From NCBI RefSeq assembly GCF_001194135.2, contig NC_068982.1, positions 156,957,869 through 156,990,804 on the forward strand: 32,936 nt of DNA, written 5' to 3'. A program made the position numbers and the translations under genes. Origin of the DNA: Octopus bimaculoides (taxonomy: Eukaryota). Under the pieces are notes generated by a model that saw only the letters and a list, made by a program, of their open reading frames with translations, did no database searches and was not told where the DNA came from. Below are positions 10,540 to 20,829 of this stretch, piece after piece; position 1 is the stretch's first letter; every line of letters starts with the position of its first letter.

Positions 10540-11355
10540 GGGTTTCCGCTGCTAGGAGCCGTTTGATGTGAGCTTCAGACATCAGTCTGCTGATCGGAGT
10601 CGTCGGGTGAGATCATACTTCCACGTGGTGCGTCTTTGTTTTGCAGTGCTTCTCTCCTGTTCGACTTTTGCGATGGCTGAAACGAAGGAACAGCATACTT
10701 CCGTGAAATTCTGTTTTCTGTTGGGGAAGACAGAGCACGAAACAGTTGTTATGCTTCAAACATCTTACAAGGACGCTGCCATGAGCACAACACAAGTTTA
10801 CGAGTAGTTTTCTCGCTTTAGGAATGGTCGCTTGTCGCTTGAAGACTAAACTCGTTCAGGACGACCGTCGACCTCCCGGACGAATGAAAACATGATGAAA
10901 ATTAATGAACTGATCTTGGAGTACCGTCGCTGAATAATTAATGAACTTGATATGACTGGTGTGTTCTGGAGCTCCTGCCAAAGGGTTTTGAGCGAGGATT
11001 TGCGAATAAAAAGCGTTGTAGCAAAATTTGCGCCTCACTTGCTCACGGATGAACAAAAGCAGTCAGAATTGAATGCGTATTGTGAACTGAAAGAACAGTT
11101 GGAAGTTGACCCGAACCTTATTTCTAAGGTCATCACTGGTGATGAAAGCTGGCACTACAGAATCTGTAGATGTTGAAGAGGTGAAGAAAAAAAACTTGCA
11201 AGAGTTCCAGCACTGCTTTGAACAGTGGAAAACACATCTGGACCAATGCATTGCTTCAAATGGAGAATACTTTGAAGGCTATAAAAGTGTAAACACGTAA
11301 AATTAAGTGAATAAAATAACATTGCAAAATTCCATTTTCCATTGCGTACCCCTCG
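10540..11355 (+). mobile_element. Mariner (Tc1/mariner) DNA transposon, internally deleted
   Basis: Transposase remnant; right end ...gtacccctcg followed by TA (11356-11357). Left TIR not recognised, so the left boundary is approximate. Confidence 0.85.
10673..11300 (+). pseudogene. Mariner transposase pseudogene
   Basis: MAETKEQHTSVKFCFLLGK...VYE*FSRFRNG..LED*TRSGRPSTS (HTH region); VAKFAPHLLTDEQK; KVITGDESW (first catalytic Asp); then jumps near 11158 to the C-terminal CFEQWKTHLDQCIASNGEYFEG. The rest of the catalytic domain is missing. Confidence 0.9.
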
Positions 11356-11466
11356 TATACATAATAGTTTTCTCCTGGCAAGAACATAATCAAAGCTCTA
11401 GCAACCTCGCACTTCATCTGACATGGTGTGATTCTAACTATAATCTTGTTTGGATTGTATGTTTAG

Positions 11467-11529
11467 TACATGGGCGTGGAGTTAGTTGGTGTAGCCAAGC
11501 CAAGTCAGGAAGCTTTTCTTACATGCAAA
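11467..11529 (+). CDS. Candidate 63-nt internal exon (phase 0-0), YMGVELVGVAKPSQEAFLTCK
   Basis: CTAAC branch-point-like site at 11434-11438, gtttag acceptor, AAA|gtatgt donor. Weak resemblance to the G....V.KPS.E.F segment of HAD-family phosphatases (not established). Confidence 0.35.
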
Positions 11530-12502
11530 GTATGTATATATTTGTGCAATGTGTTGAACTCAAACGGAGTCAAACGGAGTCCTTATAAGTTCATACAATA
11601 CCAGTAATTCAATATGGCAGGCTAATCACAAGCTTAATCCCTTTGATACTCTGTGAGGATTATATTAAAGGTACAAGTGTTAGTGGAATAGCCAACTACT
11701 TATACTATCATACAAACCACTAGGAAGTTCTTTTGGTTAAACAACTGAAAAACGCATCGTCGAATCTGGCGCAAGATTTGTATGTATATATGCATGAGCC
11801 TATGAATGTATACGTATATGCGATTGTGCAGCGTTTACGTATATGCGATTGTGTGTGTCTCTTTATCAGTGTCTGCATCTGTGTGTACAATTATCTTTTG
11901 TTATTTTGACTTTTTGCCAATCAATCTCCCTTCACGACTTTATATTGCTGTCTTCAATACAAGCATCAACTGCAAACAAGAGATTTTTTTCGAGTTAGTT
12001 TCTTTCCAGGAACTAATGTGAAATCGTACTCGCGTAAATAAACATAAAAAACCACGTGTTTACTGGTTTTTTGTGAAATAAAAAAATGAGAAAACAAAAG
12101 AATATTCATCTCAGGTATATATCGAGTATTGATTACAGTTTAACCTGTAATCGAACGTTTATAATGAGGGTGAAGAATAACATAATATAATGTTGGTGAA
12201 AAACATCATAATATAACAATATCAAAGACAAAAAGAAAAGAAACAAGGATAAATTAATGAAATAACAGTCTGCACAAAATTTTTCTGTTTACATCTTCCA
12301 GTTCAAGTCCCGACATTATATTAAATGTGGATGTGTGCGCATACATATACAAGTTTATATATGCATATGTATATCTACATAAACAAGTGTATACATACAT
12401 ACATGCATACACACACACATGTATATAAACAAATGTGTATATATATATATATGCCAATAAAAAATTACCAACCCGAAATACAATATATGTGTATATACAA
12501 TA

Positions 12503-12549
<47 letters not shown>

Positions 12550-14937
12550 NNNNNNNNNNNNNNNNNNNNNNNNNNNNNNNNNNNNNNNNNNNNNNNNNNN
12601 NNNNNNNNNNNNNNNNNNNNNNNNNNNNNNNNNNNNNNNNNNNNNNNNNNNNNNNNNNNNNNNNNNNNNNNNNNNNNNNNNNNNNNNNNNNNNNATATAT
12701 ATATATATATATATATATATAGAGCAATAAAAAAATTACCATCCCGAAATACAATATATATATATTGACCTGTATCTAAAATCAAATGTATACGTTCTTA
12801 TATATCGTGTATATTTATGTAAGGATTAGCATTTTTTTCTACATTCATTACACCTGTGTGTGCATGTATATATATGTATATATATGCATAGATGTGCGTG
12901 TATGGATATGTGTATGTAAGTATTAATTTGTATATGTATATCTGTTTGGTGGGATAGATTGGAAATCAGCTGGAAAGCTTAGAAGGAAACGAAGATAATG
13001 AAGATGAGAAGAAAAATTTAAAGAAGGTAAAAAAAATAAAGAGGAACAGAAGAATTAGCAAACAATAAACGAGAAACAAATACAAAACAAAAGGACAAAA
13101 CAAGACAGGAAATAGGACTGACATCGATGACAACAAAAACAAACGAATAATCACAGAACATGAATAACAGAATAGTGGAATGAATCAAAATGTAGATTGA
13201 TTTATATACACGTGAAATAAAGATGTTTGCTATTATACATGATACATCGATGTTTTTTTTCTTCTTCGTAATTACGTATGATAACGGGTCAACTTTAAAC
13301 AAGAAGGAAATCAGTGTACATGCATGTATGTATATATCTATGTATGCGTCTATGTATGTATGTGTATAGACATGCATGTATATAAATGTACATATATGTA
13401 TGTGTGCGTATATAAATATATATATATGTATGTGTGCGTATATATATATATATATATGATTATATAGATATATATATGTATGTGTGCGTATATATATATA
13501 TATATATATGATTATATAGATATATATGTGTATTTTATACATATATATATGTGTGTGTGTGTAGATATATATATGCATATAAATGTATATAAATATATGA
13601 ACATAAATGTGTGCTCACACACACATTTACATATACATGTATATATATGTGTTACATATATATATATATATGTATATAATGTACATATTTATATATAGGT
13701 ATATATATATACNNNNNNNNNNNNNNNNNNNNNNNNNNNNNNNNNNNNNNNNNNNNNNNNNNNNNNNNNNNNNNNNNNNNNNNNNNNTATATATATATAT
13801 ATGTATATAATGTACATATTTATATATATACACGAAGTTAAAAAAAAATACCAAAGGTAACAACATGGTATACGTTTCCGGGGAAAACACAAAAACTTCT
13901 CAGTTAATCAGTAGTTTTTATTTCGTTGAATTGGAAATGTAAATTGATGAAAAAAAAAATGAAACGGACAAAATGGCGTTCTGTTTCTTTCTTTCACTAC
14001 AATATTTCAGCGGTGTTTCCTCTCAGTTGAACATGTTAGATTTAGGAAAGACGTCTGGTTTTATAAGGAATTATTCTTCATAATAGGAAACATACATCGT
14101 GTTGGCGTCATTGTAATTGTTGGTATTGTTGTTGTTTAGCTAACCCTGTGAATTTGAAGGATGATTAATAGAGTTCAGTACATAACCATAATATCTATTT
14201 AGGATCATTTAAGAATATATTATTTCATGATATGAGAAAACCTTCCAGGGATGCCTTTGGTGTAAATTACATATAGTTGTGTGAGGAGTAATTTATTTAA
14301 TGTAGCGAGTGTAAAATTTATTTAATTTAAAATTCACCCGTTAGATAGGAAAAAAGACTTCATTGTTGTTATGAATGTGAAGATTAACAACTCTAAAATC
14401 AACATTAATTATAACTTGAATGAGTGTATGCCGTGTGAAGGCGTTTGAACTTTGGAATGTACCGTCACTCCTCACTGCTTTTTCCCATTAAAATTTGTAT
14501 ACTGAAGTCGTCTGCCTTTCGTTTGTGATCAGAATTAATCTAATTCTCAGATAAATATATTCATTGCAGGTGTAACGTGATAAAATGTTGTGCCCACTCA
14601 CTATAGTCACCACATTGACCACCCATATGTTTTAGTCTACTGTGTACTTTCTTTGGAGTTGCGTTTCATATGTGGATGATATGAAAACTTTTATTAGAAG
14701 GTCTTGCGATCGGATTGGCCTTCCTCATCATCTCATTTCTAGCGATCATGTTAGATTATCATTGTTGATAGTCTGATTCGTAATGGAAGAAATGAAGATA
14801 AATGAGGTAGATACGTCAACGTGCTTTTTATCACAGAGTGTTGCAGGCTTATGTACCAATAGAAGTCAAACGAATTGAATAGTAGATAATATTGAATTGT
14901 GTAGAATATTTGGAAATTTACTTAGCAGGTTAGCATA

Positions 14938-15092
14938 GGCGCAGAAGTGGCTGTGTGGTAAGTAGCTTGATTACCAACCACATGGCTCCGGGTTCATTCC
15001 CACTGCGGTGCATCTTGGGCAAGTGTCTTCTACTATAGCCACGGGTCGACCAAAGCCTTGTGAGTGGATTTAGTAGACAGAAACTGAAAGAA
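14938..15092 (+). mobile_element. SINE group B, 5' part (3'-truncated)
   Basis: A box tggctgtgtgg, B box ggttcattccc, body through gaaactgaaagaa. Confidence 0.85.
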
Positions 15093-15445
15093 ACATGTTG
15101 CCGAAGTGTAACTTAAAAAGTCCGCCTCTTTCATGGATAGATAAGGATGAACAGGCGTCATCGTACTGTGTTGAGTACATCAGGGTATGTTGATTTTTGT
15201 TTATTCTTTATGTGTCTTGACCATACGTGCACTGATGAATAAAAGATGCAGCTTACTACATAGTTTTGCTGTGTTAATTATGCAACCATTGGTTTGCCGT
15301 TAAGTTAAACGTTTTTAGGAGGTTAGCTTTGAAAGTTACATTCACTCGCGATCAGTAAAAATGTTCTTATTTTGGTAGTTTTAACTTATGAAGTCCCTCT
15401 AAGCGTGAGGCATTATTGTATAGTAATGCCCTTATATAAATTAAA

Positions 15446-15477
<32 letters not shown>

Positions 15478-15522
15478 GAAAGAAGGTTTGAAAATGCACT
15501 TATTTTTTAAAAATATTTATTT

Positions 15523-15564
15523 ACTTAACCGGTTTCACTTTTTTAGAAAAAGATTATCAAAAGT
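15523..15564 (-). ncRNA. Hammerhead-like motif, U3-A8 core variant (left arm, minus strand)
   Basis: Exact reverse complement of 16123-16164. Confidence 0.45.
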
Positions 15565-16122
15565 CTTTGAGAATAATAAAAAATGTTAAAAAACAGTTTG
15601 AGTATTAAAATGCATATATACATTCTTTGATGATAAAATATATTTAAAGTATAAAGCTTTGTATGAACTTTGTAGTGTTACATACTGATTGTCACACATT
15701 CTCTGATATTAAGATGAAATTGTTAAAAACAGTGTATGAAAATACACATATGGAAAAATACATATACATATTCTTATACATATTCTTTGAGAATCGAATA
15801 AAGTTGAGGAGGAACTGACTTGGCTTTTTTCTCTTGTATATATATATACACAAGAGAAAAAAGCCAGGTCAATTCCTCCTCAACCTTATTCGATTGTCAA
15901 AGAATATGTATAAGAATATGTATATGTATTTTTCCATATGTGTATTTTCATACACTGTTTTTAACAATTTCATCTTAATATCAGAGAATGTGTGACAATC
16001 AGTATGTAACACTACAAAGTTCATACAAAGCTTTATACTTTAAATATATTTTATCATCAAAGAATGTATATATGCATTTTAATACTCAAACTGTTTTTTA
16101 ATATTTTTTATTATTCTCAAAG

Positions 16123-16164
16123 ACTTTTGATAATCTTTTTCTAAAAAAGTGAAACCGGTTAAGT
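16123..16164 (+). ncRNA. Hammerhead-like motif, U3-A8 core variant (right arm)
   Basis: ACUU-UUGAUAA-U-CUUUUU-CUA-AAAAAG-U-GAAA-CCGGUU-AAGU: 4-bp stem I, 6-bp stem II over a U.U pair, ACCGGU palindromic stem III, GUU cleavage triplet. Confidence 0.45.
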
Positions 16165-16431
16165 AAATAAATATTTTAAAAAAATAAGTGCATTTTCAAA
16201 CCTTCTTTCATATATATTTCCACNNNNNNNNNNNNNNNNNNNNNNNNNNNNNNNNNNNNNNNNNNNNNNNNNNNNNNNNNNNNNNNNNNNNNNNNNNNNN
16301 NNNNNNNNNNNNNNNNNNNNNNNNNNNNNNNNNNNNNNNNNNNNNNNNNNNNNNNNNNNNNNNNNNNNNNNNNNNNNNNNNNNNNNNNNNNNNNNNNNNN
16401 NNNNNNNNNNNNNNNNNNNNNNNNNNNNNNN

Positions 16432-16653
16432 ATGTATGTGTGTGTATATGTTTGTGTGTCTGTGGTTGTCCCCCCAACATCGCTTGACAACCGATGGTGG
16501 TGTGTTTACGTCCCCGTAACTTAGCGGTTCGGCAAACGGAACCGATAGAATAAGTACTAGGCTTACAAAGAATAAGTCCTGGGGTCGATTTGCTCGATTA
16601 AAGGTGGTGCTCCGGCATGGCCGCAGTCAAATGACTGAAACAAGTAAAGAGTA
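16432..16653 (+). mobile_element. SINE group B, 3' half (5' half presumably in the preceding gap)
   Basis: Starts in the internal TG microsatellite; cttgacaaccgat...ctggggtcgatttgctcga...aaacaagtaaagagta. Confidence 0.9.
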
Positions 16654-18896
16654 GGTATATAGGTCAGATACGATTTAATGCTGAAGCCCAATGCTAACGA
16701 CAACACTTTATTTCTTTATTTACCATTTCAATCCCGCCATTAACTTCTGGGTTAGCATCCAAAAAAACGTGCTTTTTTGTTTAGAGTCAGAAAGTACGAT
16801 AACCATTTACAAATCTTAACTGTCCACCGATCTCAAGACTCACTCATAATACAATATTACTCCGACATCGAAACAGACTAGACCTCAACACAGAACTCCA
16901 TCCCATTATCACCACCGAAAAAAAAGAAAAAAAAAAACAGAGGTCATGTTCAACAGACATGATTTCCTATTAATACCTTTCTTACTGCAATCATATACTG
17001 AATGACCTGTTTCCTGCAAACTTGACTCAGACACTATCGACTCCATGTTAAACCCTCTCATCATCCATATTGTTGTCCAATTTCCCAAGTTCCACATTTG
17101 GCACTATATTCACTCCTTTCTTCATCAGATATGGGCCTTTTGTCATTTTTTTCCCTGCAGTTCGTCATTTGCTACCATTTAAGGTGACCAGTAATGTCAT
17201 GAATCTCACCGCTTTTGAAGCGCCTGCAGCGGCCAAAGAGACCACTCTTCCCTTCTGATATTTAAGGATACAGGATTCGTTTATTCTATAAGATCATATC
17301 TACATATGTACTTCGTAAAGAGAGACAGTAAATATAGGGTAAATGCATTTAACTTTGCTAATTATATCGATTAAACCTCCCTGTTATATATATATATATA
17401 TATATATATATATNNNNNNNNNNNNNNNNNNNNNNNNNNNNNNNNNNNNNNNNNNNNNNNNNNNNNNNNNNNNNNNNNNNNNNNNNNNNNNNNNNNNNNN
17501 NNNNNNNNNNNNNNNNNNNNNNNNNNNNNNNNNNNNNNNNNNNNNNNNNNNNNNNNNNNNNNNNNNNNNNNNNNNNNNNNNNNNNNNNNNNNNNNNNNNN
17601 NNNNNNNNNNNNNNNNNNNNNNNNNNNNNNNNNNNNNNNNNNNNNNNNNNNNNNNNNNNNNNNNNNNNNNNNNNNNNNNNNNNNNNNNNNNNNNNNNNNN
17701 NNNNNNNNNNNNNNNNNNNNNNNNNNNNNNNNNNNNNNNNNNNNNNNNNNNNNNNNNNNNNNNNNNNNNNNNNNNNNNNNNNNNNNNNNNNNNNNNNNNN
17801 NNNNNNNNNNNNNNNNNNNNNNNNNNNNNNNNNNNNNNNNNNNNNNNTATATATATATATATATATATATATGTCTGTGTTTATATATAGATACACAGAC
17901 ACAAACACAGACACGCACAGACGCACACGCACAAGCACACATACAGACACACACATATATACAATGAAAATGAGGCATGTAAAATCATAAAACATGCACA
18001 AGAAACGGACCTGATAATTTAAATCCCTCATCAATTTTGACCTGATATCATCACAATTTCGACACCTTGAATTTAACGTTCTCAGAAACAAACACTGCAG
18101 GGGTACAGGCGAGCAGACATAATCGATGGACAAGGAAATTGAAGCAAAACAGGTTAACTGACAAGTAAATTTGAGGTCTGTAAGACGAATTATGAGGTGA
18201 ACAGGAAAATATGTATAACCGAAACACAAAAGATCAAAGACAATAGAAAATGTACAAAACGTCATAGATATGTATTTGGCAAAATAAGAAGAGTTGTGCG
18301 AAGTAACACTAATCGGCAAGATGGTAGTCTTTTGAACTCGGGAGAAAGTGCAACAGAATTGTTAAAAATAGAATTAGACGAATCAGAAGGTGGAATTAAA
18401 TCATACTTCTTAGACAAGTCATATGCTATAGATAATATATGCTCTCTTGCTACTCATTCTTTCTCATTTGACTGTTCCGCTCTACAGTCACTTTTTTATA
18501 ACTCCCGCTTGGTCTAAGGTTTTTAAATTATTTCNNNNNNNNNNNNNNNNNNNNNNNNNNNNNNNNNNNNNNNNNNNNNNNNNNNNNNNNNNNNNNNNNN
18601 NNNNNNNNNNNNNNNNNNNNNNNNNNNNNNNNNNNNNNNNNNNNNNNNNNNNNNNNNNNNNNNNNNNNNNNNNNNNNNNNNNNNNNNNNNNNNNNNNNNN
18701 NNNNNNNNNNNNNNNNNNNNNNNNNNNNNNNNNNNNNNNNNNNNNNNNNNNNNNNNNNNNNNNNNNNNNNNNNNNNNNNNNNNNNNNNNNNNNNNNNNNN
18801 NNNNNNNNNNNNNNNNNNNNNNNNNNNNNNNNNNNNNNNNNNNNNNNNNNNNNNNNNNNNNNNNNNNNNNTATATATGTGTAGTGACACACATGTA

Positions 18897-19117
18897 CGAT
18901 GAGGTACAGAAAAGTTACCGGATTTGGGTGAAAGAAAATACAAGTCGATCAGTTAATTATGATTTTATTTAACATATTCCCCTCTCATATTCACAGTTAT
19001 TGCAGTAGTCCTTCAGGTTTTCTAAGCCCTGTAGAAAAAAATACTCGGAATATTGGGCCCCCAATCAGGCCTTTCGCGGCACCCTAAAAGCCAGGAACAT
19101 TTCAACCCCCGCCCCCG
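18897..19117 (-). mobile_element. Mariner-derived MITE (~220 bp)
   Basis: TA at both ends (18895-18896, 19118-19119); degenerate TIRs (gaaaagttaccggattt vs gaaatgttcctggcttt); the minus strand keeps a frameshifted mariner C-terminus ending RGEYVK*. Confidence 0.7.
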
Positions 19118-19614
19118 TATACATACATACATATATATATATATTTATTGATATATATGAATGATGTATGAAAGTGTCGTTGCATAAAGACATATGTGAA
19201 TGTGAGTATAGTCGCATTTAAATACACACCACACGTACACACACACACGCATATGCAATCATATATACATTTAGAAACAATATATTTTACGCCTCCTTTT
19301 GCATAGTTTAAAATAGTTGATTGTGTTTAAACTATGTAAGACCTATCTGATATTGAAAATAAACAAATATGATTTCTTTATCATTTATTGAATATATTTT
19401 ACAAGTAAAATTACACTAAGCTGTATTGATGAAACAATTACATCTTGTTGTAACGTCAACTTTCATTTATTCTATAGAATATCTCACAATTTCTTCTAAA
19501 CTACTTAACTTTCACACTGTCGCCCTTTATCTTTGTATCTCGCTTCTGTTTACTTTATTGTTGATCTTAATATTTTAATTAATACTTTTGAATCATTGCT
19601 GTTGTTAATGCTCT

Positions 19615-19632
19615 TTTGTTGTTGTTATTGTC

Positions 19633-19664
<32 letters not shown>

Positions 19665-19860
19665 CGTCGTCGTCGTCGTTGTTGTTGGTGGTGGTGCTGC
19701 TGCTGCTGTAATCATTACTAGTCTGTTTGTTGTTGCTAATTCTATTATTCTAATCGTTATTACTGTATTTGTTGTTGCTATCATCATGATCATTGGAATT
19801 ATCAATTACTATAGTTATTGTTGCTGTTTTTTTTGTTTGTTTTTGTTTTGTCATTGACGT
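19615..19860. repeat. Mixed trinucleotide low-complexity tract (TCA/TCG/TGT/TGG/TGC)
   Basis: Read directly; source of the poly-H/R/C ORFs. Confidence 0.85.
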
Positions 19861-20437
19861 GGCTGTTCTTGTTGCTGTTATTGGTGATTACGACTAAATA
19901 CAATTCCGGATAATTTTACATTAAAGGAAAAATGTTTACCTGTATTTTGTTGGTGACAATGTTTTGTTCAGCTTAATCTCATTTTTCAGTTGTTTATTTT
20001 TTTCGACATTCTGTCTTTCGATATCTTGGTAAATTTAAATACGTACGTTGAATTTATTTTCAAATAGTATTGTTTTGTTTGGATATGCATTGTAGATTTG
20101 TTCTCTAAATGTCTACTTTGAGTTAAGTCAAAGAATTAGGTCAGATCTCGTTGACTTCTTACTTTCTACGTCAACATTGTTATTTAACCCAATATAAATG
20201 CTTAAATATAAACATTGCAGTTGCTAAATAATGAAAGATTTCATTCAATTTGTTCACGATTTCATAAATAGCTCAAAGCTGTTGTGTTTTTTTCCATCAC
20301 AGGAAACAATTAATAAGGTTCAAGATATAACATCGACGAGACTACAACAACACAACAACACCAGCAGCAACAATAGCAGCACCACCGACAACAACAACAG
20401 CAGTAGCAACAAGAACAAGCATACTTTCTGGTTTTGA

Positions 20438-20617
20438 CATAAGATACGCGATTTTTCAAGAGAGGAGGTTAATTGGATTCTGTAGATGATAATATATACC
20501 TTTGACTTTATTTTATCGCACCCAGGCAAAGTTGACCTTGGTGCGATCTGAACTCATAACGTGAAGAACCATAACAAATAACACGAAGCACTTCCCCCCC
20601 GACATTCTAACGATTCT
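20438..20617 (-). mobile_element. SINE group C, strongly decayed
   Basis: ggcaaagttgaccttgg...tgaactca...ctaacgattct collinear with 32631-32831. Confidence 0.6.
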
Positions 20618-20640
20618 TAAAATTAAACGTTCTGAATAAT

Positions 20641-20800
20641 AATTATTTCTGATTTAAGCACAAGAGAACAATTTTTGAAAAAGAAATTAGTCGATACTAT
20701 TTCATTTCATTACTTGACTGGTACATTATCTTATCAACCCTACAAGGACGAACATAAAGAAGTGAGCCAAATAATGCAAGGCATATCTTCCGACGCCCTA
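20641..20800 (-). mobile_element. SINE group C, strongly decayed and deleted
   Basis: gcacaag...ttagtcgatac...actggtac...tatcaaccc...aagga collinear with group C. Confidence 0.5.
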
Positions 20801-20829
20801 AAGAAAATATAAACTAACTTAATTCATTA

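Larger units (their letters stand above)
15470..16217. repeat. 748-bp near-perfect inverted repeat (foldback), PLE-terminus-related
   Basis: Arms 15470-15837 and 15850-16217 (368 bp each) differ at 6 positions by manual comparison; 12-nt (TA)-rich spacer; (TA)n outside both arms. Confidence 0.95.

Noticed and set aside
12454-12760. Near-identical gcaataaaaaa.ttacca.cccgaaatacaatatat on both sides of a gap (similar case at 13660-13830)
   Set aside because: Most simply overlapping contig ends from two haplotypes or a collapsed TA-rich repeat; cannot be judged across Ns.
14690-14770. GLAIGLAFLIISFLAIMLDYHC* transmembrane-like reading after ttattag
   Set aside because: Weak splice signals and no homology; T-rich DNA gives such peptides by chance.
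14938-15010. tRNA-like sequences with A and B boxes (also at 28992, 3242, 9938, 32831)
   Set aside because: They continue directly into SINE bodies and lack a complete cloverleaf; SINE heads, not tRNA genes.
20303-20437. Strong acceptor (tttttttccatcacag) followed by a 44-codon open frame
   Set aside because: The frame is mostly an AAC/AGC trinucleotide tract with no good donor or homology; insufficient support.
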